A stretch of DNA of 64,000 nt from an uncultured Ruminococcus sp. (GCA_964472035.1 CAYYIT010000007.1:279-64278), one strand, 5' to 3'. Shown: positions 1 to 8,268, counted from the first letter of the stretch. Made by a program: numbers and translations. Notes: a model not told the origin generated them from the sequence alone.

Positions 1-543
1 AGGGCTGATATGATTCTGCATCGAATACATCGCCCCACTCCACGATCCGCCTTTTTCAAAATCGCAGCGTACAACGATCGTCCCGATAGAATGAGCATAA
101 ATGTATTTGTTCCGTCCAAACGCCGCACTTGCTTTGAAGCTCGCCTCCGGCGGAACATGGGATAACAGCAGAAGCTTTCCATTACGGATTGCTGCGAATG
201 TTTCCGGCTCCTTAACACGCTCAGCAAGGGAATGACAGACAAAGTGAATGCAGATATTTCCATTCCGAATGGATGTAAGTCCTGCAACACTGTCTACTCC
301 CTCTGCACCACCTGAAACAACGCCGTATCCCTGGGCATTAACTTGCTTCACAGCATATTCTGTAAATCGCACACCACTTTCATCAATACGCCGTGAACCA
401 ACAAATCCCACACATTTCCGCTCCAGCAGAGACAGGTCACCTGCATAGTAAAAAATCATGGGGGCTTTCACACCGAATTTTTGCTTCAAACGTTCGGGAT
501 ATTGCGCATCATCATATGCGACACTGCAGATTGCAGCTTCCAT
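1..543 (-). CDS. DprA/Smf-family (Rossmann/SLOG-type) DNA-processing-like protein; the 3' end runs off the window
   Basis: It is missing from the ORF track because it has no stop inside the window. My own translation from ATG 543 (RBS AAGGAG 8 nt upstream) gives MEAAICSVAYDDAQYPERLKQKFGVKAPMIFYYAGDLSLLERKCVGFVGSRRIDESGVRFTEYAVKQVNAQGYGVVSGGAEGVDSVAG...SAAFGRNKYIYAHSIGTIVVRCDFEKGGSWSGA. This carries DprA hallmarks (YP..L, VGSR, vvSGgAeGvD, F..RN..i) and stays in frame to nt 1. Confidence 0.7.
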   Translation of the reverse strand, partial: MEAAICSVAYDDAQYPERLKQKFGVKAPMIFYYAGDLSLLERKCVGFVGSRRIDESGVRFTEYAVKQVNAQGYGVVSGGAEGVDSVAGLTSIRNGNICIHFVCHSLAERVKEPETFAAIRNGKLLLLSHVPPEASFKASAAFGRNKYIYAHSIGTIVVRCDFEKGGSWSGAMYSMQNHISP

Positions 544-609
544 TTGTATCACTCCTTGTCTAATATTTCCGTTTTTCATATTTACAAATTTCCAAGTGTT
601 ATTATTGCT

Positions 610-975
610 TCATCCTGTAATTTCTATTGTTATTTTTGCCCGTTCAAATCCCCTATGTTCTGATAGAAAGTCAGCAATCACGCGCTTCCACTGTACATTG
701 TGCTCTGGAATCCGGAACAGCACTTCTTCTGAAAAACATCCCCATACACGCACTTTACACCAGTTTTTGTGATATAGTGCAAGAACAATCTGTTTCTGTT
801 CCTCCGTCGGATGATCTAGAAAACCCCGTGCAATTTCTTGTTCCAATTCAGAGCCATGTTCCAGCAGAATTACGGGAATATTGTAAAACTCAAAATTTGC
901 TGCAGGATGATGAAGAACACTAATGGCTTTTCCTGTAATGGAAAGCAGCCAGGCTCTGTTTGTGAAAGCATCCAT
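610..975 (-). CDS. Hypothetical 121-aa protein, middle gene of the DprA-like operon
   Basis: ORF 610..1008, trimmed to ATG 975 (MDAFTNRAWLL...), which is preceded by GAAAGGAG 7 nt upstream. I recognise no family. Confidence 0.5.
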   Translation of the reverse strand: MDAFTNRAWLLSITGKAISVLHHPAANFEFYNIPVILLEHGSELEQEIARGFLDHPTEEQKQIVLALYHKNWCKVRVWGCFSEEVLFRIPEHNVQWKRVIADFLSEHRGFERAKITIEITG

Positions 976-1082
976 GATATTACTCCTTTCAATCTTTATG
1001 GGGGTCAATATGGCATTTCATCAATGGGCAATCACCAGACCAAGTCGAATCACGTTTCAACTAAATTCTCTGAAATCTGTTT

Positions 1083-1421
1083 TTATTTCCATCGGTATGC
1101 TTTATACCACCACTTCGTATCATCATTAAAATTCCACCCCCTCATCATGTGCCCGAGCACTTTGTCTTTATGGATTTTCGTCATTTCGGCGTATGTACAA
1201 CGAAACCTGTATTCATAAACTAACCATCTGATTGTTAAGCGCTTATAACCTGCGTATTGCAGGGAATCTTTCGAATGCCGAACACGACGGTTGGCTGTTT
1301 TCTTCCCCCCTTTTTCATGTCGCTTATATATCGGATGTTTCTTGTAGCTCCGGCTCATAAAAGTATCCTTTCTTTTCAAAAGCGTGACATTCCATCGTTC
1401 TGTGGAATCAGCAGAATGCAA
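1083..1421 (-). CDS. Small, very basic hypothetical protein (K/R/Y/W-rich), first gene of the DprA-like operon
   Basis: ORF track, 112 aa from TTG 1421 (GAGGGA 7 nt upstream). An alternative ATG at 1358 (AAAGGA 7 nt upstream) would give 91 aa starting MSRSYKKHPIYKRHEKGGKKTANRRVRH... It lies downstream of a consensus promoter. I recognise no family. Confidence 0.45.
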   Translation of the reverse strand: MHSADSTERWNVTLLKRKDTFMSRSYKKHPIYKRHEKGGKKTANRRVRHSKDSLQYAGYKRLTIRWLVYEYRFRCTYAEMTKIHKDKVLGHMMRGWNFNDDTKWWYKAYRWK

Positions 1422-1466
1422 ATAACATTCCCTCTTGATTTGTTTGGTTTCGCATATCCTAATTGT

Positions 1467-1495
1467 ATTGTATCAGATAATTTGGCGTTTGTCAA
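1467..1495 (-). promoter_or_regulatory. Sigma-A type promoter, TTGACA-17-TACAAT, for the small-protein/DprA-like operon
   Basis: On the minus strand: TTGACA (1495-1490), a 17-nt spacer, then TACAAT (1472-1467). Confidence 0.7.
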
Positions 1496-1811
1496 GAGAA
1501 ACAGCACTGTTTTTTTCCAGGTCACATCATTTCGTCCGGAGGTGTCCATTAAACAACCCTGACAGACATCCCATTTTGGTGATTAGAAATTGATATTTTC
1601 ATACTGTCCTATATATAAATAAAAAAGGAAATAGAAAAAGAGGATTTTGATTAAAAAATGATCATTTTCATTTCCTGTATAATACTACAAAATTGTTGAG
1701 GCGATTGCAACCACACAACCCTCCAACATCCGAAAGAAATCCTTGTATGCCCTGCAATGAGGGTGCAGTGTTCTTCCACCGGATAACATCTAAGAGAAAA
1801 TCAAAAAATTC

Positions 1812-1840
1812 TTGACAGAAATGGCCAAACATAGTATAAT
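1812..1840 (+). promoter_or_regulatory. Perfect consensus promoter, TTGACA-17-TATAAT, for the methyltransferase gene
   Basis: TTGACA at 1812-1817 and TATAAT at 1835-1840. A GGAGG RBS sits just before ATG 1882. Confidence 0.75.
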
Positions 1841-1881
1841 ACAAGCAGGATATCTCTAACCAATCAAAACGGAGGACCCCT

Positions 1882-3555
1882 ATGACCACAGAGAAAATAC
1901 GAAGCCTAAGAACACTGAACTGCAATAAAGTCCGCAGATACCTGATTGATACATTTGGTGATTCAGCTCGCACAGCAGCATTTGTTTTGGTAAAAGCAGG
2001 AATGACGGATAGGAGCGAACTATCCACCATGGAAAGCTTTCTTGCAAGTTGCACTGTTCGTAGTACACTTGTTCCGACACTCTGTTTATCATTGATAGAC
2101 CAATGGCAGAAACTTTCAGCCGCAGCAGACGCTTTCACGGTTGAGGAATATGCTGCTTACCTGCTGTTTGACCGCACTGCATCATCGAGACTCAAGCAGG
2201 ATGAAACTCCGGAATGCTTGAATCAACTTGCATTGACGCTGCTTGATATTCAGGCTACGGATTTCGTGGCAAACTTCTGTACGGGTAAAGGTAGTTTTCT
2301 GCGTGATACGTATCTGCATGAACCTGCTGCATCCTATTTTGGCAATGACATCAATGAGGAAAATCATTTCGCTGCCCTTATGCGAGCTGATTTGCTGGGA
2401 GATAATATCAGGATCTCTTCGGAGGATACGCTGCAGATCGTCGAAAAATTTGACAAGATCTTCGTCGATTGCCCATTCGGTGTAAAACGGAGATTTTATG
2501 ATCCGGAGTGTAAAAACGCTTCCTCCGCCGACTGGATGTTTGCTGAGAAGATCATGCATTCCTTGAAAGCCAAAGGCAAAGGAGCGGCCATCCTCACAAA
2601 CGGCAGTACCTGGAATAAGTGTGACATGGAAATGCGTAAAGAGTTTGTCATGCAGGGGTACATTGAAACTGTGATTGCTTTACCGGAAGGATTGTTTGAG
2701 CAAACTATGGTTGGAACTGTTATGGTCATTCTCAGTCGCGACAACGATACTGTTACATTCGTGGATGCCTCGGAACTTTATGTATCCGGCAGACGAAACA
2801 ATACGCTCTCAGACGAAAACATTGCTGAGATCTTTGAAGCAGTGAGGAAGGAGCATCCGAAAAGCAGAAGAATACCGATATCAGAAGTGAGGAAGAACAA
2901 TTACAATCTTTATCCCTCAACATATATGACAGCTCCTGTAATTTCTGATGAAACAAAAGAATACATTCCTTTTTCTGATCTGATTACAAGAATCACCAGA
3001 GGAAGTCAGATTAAAGCGAATGAGCTGGATGAAATTACAAGTGAAACGCCGACCCATTTCCAATTTCTGAAGCTTTCTGATATACAGAGCGGTATCATCA
3101 GCAAAGAACTCGCCTACATCACAGAGCTTGCCCCAAAGTATGACAAATACTGTCTGAAATCCGGAAGCCTGATCATCTCCAAGAACGGTCTGCCGATCAA
3201 GATCGCAGTTGCAGAAATTCCGGATGGCACAAAGGTCCTTGCAAACGGCAACCTTTACATCATCGAACTGGACACAGAAAAGGTAAATCCCTACTATGTC
3301 AAAGCGTATCTCGAAAGTCCCGAGGGGGATGCGGCATTGCGAAACATCTGCGTAGGTGTGACAATTCCCAATATTCCCGTGGAATCGCTGAAAAAAATCC
3401 GTATTCCTATGATCGAGATGGCTGTACAGAACATCGTTGCCAAAAAGTACCGGAACAAACAGCAGGAAATCCTCTCACTACGACGCAGACTCACAGAAGT
3501 GGAGCAGTCACTTTATGGGACTTATGAGGAGATCGTTATGACTGATATACCATAA
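1882..3555 (+). CDS. Fused N6-adenine DNA methyltransferase (HsdM-like) plus a single target-recognition domain (HsdS-like); no restriction subunit nearby
   Basis: 557 aa. Motif I is NFCTGKGSFL (about 2278-2298). Motif IV is FVDCPFG (DCPF = 2467-2478), aligning to the NPPF/Y of gamma-class MTases. The C-terminal ~200 aa are HsdS-like: CLKSGSLIISKNG...NGNLYIIELDTEKVNPYYVKAYLESPEG...IPNIPVESLKKIRIPMIEMAVQNIVAKKY plus a coiled coil. Confidence 0.8.
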   Translation: MTTEKIRSLRTLNCNKVRRYLIDTFGDSARTAAFVLVKAGMTDRSELSTMESFLASCTVRSTLVPTLCLSLIDQWQKLSAAADAFTVEEYAAYLLFDRTASSRLKQDETPECLNQLALTLLDIQATDFVANFCTGKGSFLRDTYLHEPAASYFGNDINEENHFAALMRADLLGDNIRISSEDTLQIVEKFDKIFVDCPFGVKRRFYDPECKNASSADWMFAEKIMHSLKAKGKGAAILTNGSTWNKCDMEMRKEFVMQGYIETVIALPEGLFEQTMVGTVMVILSRDNDTVTFVDASELYVSGRRNNTLSDENIAEIFEAVRKEHPKSRRIPISEVRKNNYNLYPSTYMTAPVISDETKEYIPFSDLITRITRGSQIKANELDEITSETPTHFQFLKLSDIQSGIISKELAYITELAPKYDKYCLKSGSLIISKNGLPIKIAVAEIPDGTKVLANGNLYIIELDTEKVNPYYVKAYLESPEGDAALRNICVGVTIPNIPVESLKKIRIPMIEMAVQNIVAKKYRNKQQEILSLRRRLTEVEQSLYGTYEEIVMTDIP

Positions 3556-3720
3556 TCAGTTCAGCTGATTGTCCTCTATTAATATATAAGTTTTTTGGAA
3601 TCTGCGGCATTTATACAAAACCTGTCATCATGAGATCAGAAAAAGATAATGACGTTATCCAAGTAACAGAAGATGAATTCACTTCCGTTCGTAATATGAT
3701 GTCTTAAAATGGACACTGAC

Positions 3721-3749
3721 TTGATTTACTCAATATAACATGCTATAAT
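3721..3749 (+). promoter_or_regulatory. Promoter TTGATT-17-TGcTATAAT (extended -10) for the HipA-like gene
   Basis: TTGATT at 3721-3726, TG at 3741-3742, TATAAT at 3744-3749. AGGAGG sits about 8 nt before ATG 3780. Confidence 0.7.
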
Positions 3750-3779
3750 ATTCCTATCAGGTAGAAAGGAGGGGCTGAC

Positions 3780-5010
3780 ATGGAATACACACTGATGCAT
3801 AAGAATATTGCTGCCGCTCAAATCGAAATTGATGAAGAAACTGGCAGCATCAATAAAATCATTGATGTTTTCCGTGAGGAACACCTTCCGGTGGGTACTG
3901 TATTTACCATGCACCACGAGATAAAGGCACAGCGCATGGCATTGAACCACTGGTGGACAGGACGCTCCATTCCTGCAAGCCGCAGCGGTATCCGGGAGGC
4001 ACTGGACGAACTTGGTATGTATGCCACCACGCTCCTGCTGATACATTGTCTGGGACTCAGCCTGTCCGATCATTACTGGGTTAGACCTGCGGACCGTGAT
4101 TTGAAATGGGAGGATGTCAATTACTTTATGAATGATTTTTCCGATGACATCGGTGATGTACTGTTCGGTGCCCCCAAAAAGGAGATCGGATTTGACTACA
4201 GCTCTCCCGACAACACCTCCGATGGTAATCAAAAAAAAACGCTGGAAGATCATGAATGGTAAACGCTGCCTGATCAAGGAAGGCGTCGCTCCTTACTATC
4301 AGCAGCCGTTCAACGAATTGATCGCTTCGAAAATCATGAAACGGCTGGACATTCTCCATGTGCCTTATACAGTGATCTGGCAAAACGGAAAGCCCTACAG
4401 CGTGTGTGAGGATTTCGTAACAACCGATACCGAGCTTATCAGTGCATGGCGTATGATCCAGCTCCGCCCAAAGGAAAATCATGAGAATGGCTATCTGCAC
4501 TTTGTCAATATCTGCAAAGAAGCTGGCGTTCCGGATGTTACAGCATCACTGGACCGTATGATCGTGCTTGACTATCTCATCGCCAATGAAGACAGGCATA
4601 TGAATAATTTCGGACTGCTTCGGGATGCCGATACACTGGAATGGATCGGCTTTGCTCCCATTTTTGACAGCGGCACCTCACTGGGATATAATACGGCTAC
4701 ACCGCATCTTGCCAGCTATGATGCAACCTGCAAGCCGTTCAAAAAATTGCATGATGAACAGCTGAAGCTTGTTTCATCATTCGATTGGATCAATTTTGCA
4801 AAACTTGATGGATTGCAAGAAGAAATTGAAGCAATTCTGTCGGATGAGCGTGTGCAGGAATGCATTGATACGGAAAGAAGAAAGGCTATTATTACCGGCA
4901 TTATGAAACGCATCGATCAACTCCGTAAGATTGCTTTCTCACATGCAAAACCGGAACTAAATGATTCGAAAAACGATGTGACGGATGACAGAGCTGAAAA
5001 ATACTGTTAA
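3780..5010 (+). pseudogene. HipA-family Ser/Thr kinase (TA-toxin type), split into two frames by one extra A in an A9 run
   Basis: ORF 3780..4262 ends ...TSDGNQKKTLEDHEW*. ORF 4132..5010 in the +1 frame continues ...KKKRWKIMNGKRCLIKEG. Deleting one A from 4231-4239 gives a continuous ~409-aa protein. The catalytic loop is LIANEDRHMNNFGLL (D at 4591), and the Mg-binding motif is FAPIFDSG. Confidence 0.75.
4231..4239 (+). repeat. A9 homopolymer at the frameshift point of the HipA-like gene
   Basis: The sequence reads gatggtaatc aaaaaaaaac gctgg, and the two reading frames overlap exactly here. Confidence 0.95.
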
Positions 5011-5187
5011 ATAAGCAAACGGAAATAGCAGTAAAATACTTAAAAGGGAGTTATTGCGAAGTTCCTTATTATGTTCGTGAAAGCAGTTATCCTGATGGTG
5101 TCGAAATACGAATTGAAAATGATCCTTATGGCTTGTTAAACGGCAGCAAATACCATCGTCGTCTCGAACGCGGGATAACAAAAACGG

Positions 5188-5220
5188 CCCTCTCATCACC
5201 GATCAACGATGATGAGAGGG
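5188..5220 (-). terminator. Rho-independent terminator of the flavodoxin/ferredoxin gene; right border of the low-GC island
   Basis: Stem CCCTCTCATCA/TGATGAGAGGG, followed on the minus strand by CCGTTTTTGTT. Confidence 0.7.
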
Positions 5221-5225
5221 TCGTG

Positions 5226-5993
5226 CTATCTGTTCAATGATTCAAAATATTCGTTTTCCCTGCGAACATCTCTGAACACGCCCAATTTCTGATTCAGAGT
5301 GTCCTGAACCGGAGGAGGAAGAATACGGGCTCTCGCAGGACATTTCGCAACGCATGCCATACACATCATGCACGTTTCGCTGTCCGTCACGACTCCCCCA
5401 TCCGTGAGGGAAACGGCTTCGGTCGGGCATACGGAAACACAGAATCCGCAGCCGCCGCACGAATCAAGTGTTACAGGCGCAGCGGATGATTTCTTGCTTT
5501 CCTTGTACGGATGATTTCCGGGAACGTTCACTGTACCTGTGCTGCCGGCTTCGATCGCACTCAGAACACGCTTTGCAAACAGCTGGATTTCCGCAGTATC
5601 CGCTGCATCCGGTCTGCCTGCGCCGACTTCGTGAACGATCGAATGCTGTGCGATCAGTGCAGCGGATGCTGCGATTTCAAACCCGCATTCCGTCATGACA
5701 TCGTTCAGCTCCAGCAGTGCATCTTCATACGCTCTGACACCGTAAACAACAGCAGTAATTGCCTTCTTCCCCCTGCCATTGAGCTGTCTGAGCCGTTCGG
5801 ATACCAGCGCAGGGATCCGTCCTCCAAAAACAGGCACAGCCACAACGACCACATCCGATGCAGGGGCAGTCATCGTTTTCGTCGTCAGATCGATCGCATT
5901 GACGGATTCGGCGAGGGTGGAAGCGATCGTCTCCCCTGCCCTTTTCGTTCCGCCGGTGGGACTGAAATAGTAAAAATCAACGTTCTGCAGCAT
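5226..5993 (-). CDS. Flavodoxin-like domain fused to a 2x[4Fe-4S] ferredoxin domain (EFR1-type)
   Basis: 255 aa. The N-terminus is FYYFSPTGGTKRAGE. The C-terminus carries CGGCGFCVSVCP and CMMCMACVAKCP cluster motifs. Confidence 0.8.
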   Translation of the reverse strand: MLQNVDFYYFSPTGGTKRAGETIASTLAESVNAIDLTTKTMTAPASDVVVVAVPVFGGRIPALVSERLRQLNGRGKKAITAVVYGVRAYEDALLELNDVMTECGFEIAASAALIAQHSIVHEVGAGRPDAADTAEIQLFAKRVLSAIEAGSTGTVNVPGNHPYKESKKSSAAPVTLDSCGGCGFCVSVCPTEAVSLTDGGVVTDSETCMMCMACVAKCPARARILPPPVQDTLNQKLGVFRDVRRENEYFESLNR

Positions 5994-6020
5994 CGCTCTG
6001 CTCCTTTCTCAGGGAGTCAC

Positions 6021-6419
6021 TCAATGACAACCGTGACTGCCGCATCCGTGGCTGCCGCAGGTGTGACCTTCACCATGCTCATGAGCATGATGGCTGCACT
6101 TCACATCGGGATCAAAGCCGAGTGTGCCGTTCAGAAATGCATGCACAGCGGCATCCGCACTGCCGCTGACACCACCAAACAGCTTAATGCCTGCCTGTGC
6201 CAGTGCATTCTGTGCACCGCCGCCGATACCGCCGCAGATCAGCACTTCCACGCCATTAGCGGCAAGGAAGCCAGCAAGTGCGCCATGACCGCTGCCATTT
6301 GTGGGAACGACCTGTTCCCCTGCGATCTTCCCATCCGCTATATCATACAGCTTGAATTCCGCTGTGTGTCCGAAATGCTGGAAGATCTGTCCATTTTCGT
6401 AAGTCACTGCAATTTTCAT
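6021..6419 (-). CDS. NifB/NifX-family (dinitrogenase FeMo-cofactor-binding fold) protein with a His/Cys-rich C-terminal tail
   Basis: MKIAVTYENGQIFQHFGHTAEFKLYD...VLICGGIGGGAQNAL. Start is trimmed to ATG 6419 (AAAGGA 7 nt upstream). The tail is CSHHAHEHGEGHTCGSHGCGSHGCH. Confidence 0.75.
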   Translation of the reverse strand: MKIAVTYENGQIFQHFGHTAEFKLYDIADGKIAGEQVVPTNGSGHGALAGFLAANGVEVLICGGIGGGAQNALAQAGIKLFGGVSGSADAAVHAFLNGTLGFDPDVKCSHHAHEHGEGHTCGSHGCGSHGCH

Positions 6420-6490
6420 AGTATCAGTTCCTTTCATAAATGATATTTCTTTCCCTGATTATACCATACTTTACATGAAAAGTCAATTTC

Positions 6491-7060
6491 TCATGGGAGC
6501 AATCCTGCATATCCGGCAACAATGCCCAGTGCAGCAGACAACGCAATGATCAGCACCGGATGTGCCTTGCGAAGAGCGAGAATCGCAGCACCGACAAACA
6601 TAATCAGTGACAGGTAGAACGACGGACTGCTGAAGACCGCTGCGCTAAAACCCGATGGGAAGAAAACCGTCATGCCGACGGATACCACAGCAGACCCGAT
6701 CATGCCGATCACAGCCGGTTTCAGACCGGTCATACAGCCGCTGACCGCCCTGCTGCTGCGGAATCGGTCAAAGCATTTTGCAACGATCAGGATCACAATA
6801 AAGGACGGCAAGACTACACCGAGCGTGGCACAGATGCCGCCGATAATTCCTCCGGTCTGATTCCCGACATAGGTGGAAATGTTTACAGCAAAGGGACCGG
6901 GTGTACTTTCGCTGACGGCGATGAAGTTAACGATCTGTGCATCTGTCATCCATCCCTTAGCAAGCACCTGTTCCTGAATCAGCGGCAACATGGCGTATCC
7001 GCCGCCGAATGTGAACAGTCCAATTAGGAAGAATGTGAGGAAAAGTTCGAGACAAATCAT
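6491..7060 (-). CDS. chrA: Chromate transporter family protein (short ChrA, second of a pair)
   Basis: 189 aa, polytopic, with FTFGGGYAMLPLIQ and ESTPGP motifs. It overlaps the upstream partner by 4 nt. Confidence 0.8.
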   Translation of the reverse strand: MICLELFLTFFLIGLFTFGGGYAMLPLIQEQVLAKGWMTDAQIVNFIAVSESTPGPFAVNISTYVGNQTGGIIGGICATLGVVLPSFIVILIVAKCFDRFRSSRAVSGCMTGLKPAVIGMIGSAVVSVGMTVFFPSGFSAAVFSSPSFYLSLIMFVGAAILALRKAHPVLIIALSAALGIVAGYAGLLP

Positions 7061-7623
7061 TTCTGCTCCCCCTTTGCCTTTTTACTGATCACAAGGGAAT
7101 GGATCAGTCCTGCAGCGGCACAGCCGATAATGATAAAAATGGCGTTGATGCTGGAAAATGCCGCAAGGATAAATGCCGCCGCTGCCACGCACAGGGAAAA
7201 TGCGTTTTTGGGGCATTGCAGATACATCGACCATAATGCTTTGACGATCAGTGCAAGCACCCCCGCACGGATACCGAAAAATGCGTACTGCACTGCTCTG
7301 AGTTTTGCAAACTCATTCAGTACTGCTGCAATGATCGTGATGATCAGAAAGGACGGCAGCACGATACCGAAGGTAGCCGCTGCCGCACCGGGGAATCCGC
7401 ACGTCCTGTATCCCACAAAGGTTGCCGCATTGATGGCGATCGGACCGGGCGTGGATTCGGCAATCGCGATAATATCGAGAATATCCTCATCAACAAGCCA
7501 CTTTTTCTTTTCACAGACCTCTTTCTGGATCAGCGGGATCATAGCGTAGCCGCCGCCGAAGGTGAATGCTCCGATTTTCAGGAATGCCAGAAACAGTGGG
7601 AGTAAGTTTTGTTTGTTTTTCAT
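7057..7623 (-). CDS. chrA: Chromate transporter family protein (short ChrA, first of a pair)
   Basis: 188 aa with FTFGGGYAMIPLIQKEV and AIAESTPGPIAIN motifs. Confidence 0.8.
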   Translation of the reverse strand: MKNKQNLLPLFLAFLKIGAFTFGGGYAMIPLIQKEVCEKKKWLVDEDILDIIAIAESTPGPIAINAATFVGYRTCGFPGAAAATFGIVLPSFLIITIIAAVLNEFAKLRAVQYAFFGIRAGVLALIVKALWSMYLQCPKNAFSLCVAAAAFILAAFSSINAIFIIIGCAAAGLIHSLVISKKAKGEQK

Positions 7624-7624
7624 G

Positions 7625-8149
7625 TTATTTCTCCATTTTCTGAAGCATTACCTTCATAGAAATGCACTTCGCATACCTGCCGTTCCACATAAATTCATTG
7701 TAATAGCGGTAGGTTTCCTCCGCTGTCATGAACGCATTGTCAAAAGTGGAATTGGTGTAGGCTGGCACATATACCTTGAACCCATGCTCAAATCCGCATT
7801 TTACTGTGGCATCCATGCAGTAGTCTGTTTGCAGACCTGCGACGATCAGTTCTGTTTCGCCTTTGGATTTCAAGTGTTCCAAAAGTCCTGTATCACGAAA
7901 CGGACTGTTGACGGTTTTATCAAAAATCATTTCGCCCTCATTGGGTGCAAATGCTTCGCAGATCTCAAAGCCGTCTGTGCCTTTGGTAAGAGGTTCACCC
8001 TCACCGTCATCATGGCGGATGTAGATCACTTCAATGTTGTTTTGCCTTGCGGTATGGATGAGGGTTCTGATGTTCGTTACAAGTTCATCAAACTTGTATA
8101 ATCTTTCATTTGTGATGAGTTTTTGCGTGTCTACGATGAGTAATACCAT
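7625..8149 (-). CDS. Isochorismatase-family cysteine hydrolase
   Basis: MVLLIVDTQ...VIYIRHDD...LIVAGLQTDYCMDATV. Start is trimmed to ATG 8149 (AGGAGG 6 nt upstream). Confidence 0.8.
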   Translation of the reverse strand: MVLLIVDTQKLITNERLYKFDELVTNIRTLIHTARQNNIEVIYIRHDDGEGEPLTKGTDGFEICEAFAPNEGEMIFDKTVNSPFRDTGLLEHLKSKGETELIVAGLQTDYCMDATVKCGFEHGFKVYVPAYTNSTFDNAFMTAEETYRYYNEFMWNGRYAKCISMKVMLQKMEK

Positions 8150-8268
8150 GATGTACCTCCTGAAGATCATCTGTTACTTCCATTCTACCACATTCGGCAT
8201 CCTTTTTCAATATACTTATCCCGATAGAATGGAATCAATACTGCTCGCATGGCAAGTGAACGCACCTA

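Noticed and set aside
1668-2138. A 156-aa minus-strand ORF spanning the divergent promoter region and the 5' end of the methyltransferase gene.
   Set aside because: It overlaps the consensus promoter (1812-1840) and the methyltransferase coding sequence. It has no RBS and no recognisable domain.
3630-3707. A 25-codon ORF (MRSEKDNDVIQVTEDEFTSVRNMMS) upstream of the HipA-like gene, considered as a possible mini-antitoxin.
   Set aside because: It has no Shine-Dalgarno sequence and lies upstream of the mapped promoter of the kinase gene. It has no HTH or other recognisable feature and is too short to call.
5013-5239. An open frame without a start codon (…YCEVPYYVRESSYPDGVEIRIENDPYGLLNGSKYHRRL…) after the HipA-like gene, considered as a possible gene remnant marking the island border.
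   Set aside because: It has no start codon, runs through the terminator hairpin, and I cannot assign it to a family. It may be a relic, but the evidence is insufficient.
6491-7623. Two adjacent half-size ChrA ORFs, considered as a split or pseudogenised chromate transporter.
   Set aside because: Both halves carry their own conserved FGGGYAM/ESTPGP motifs and overlap by ATGA. This matches the known two-gene short-ChrA architecture and is not a frameshift.
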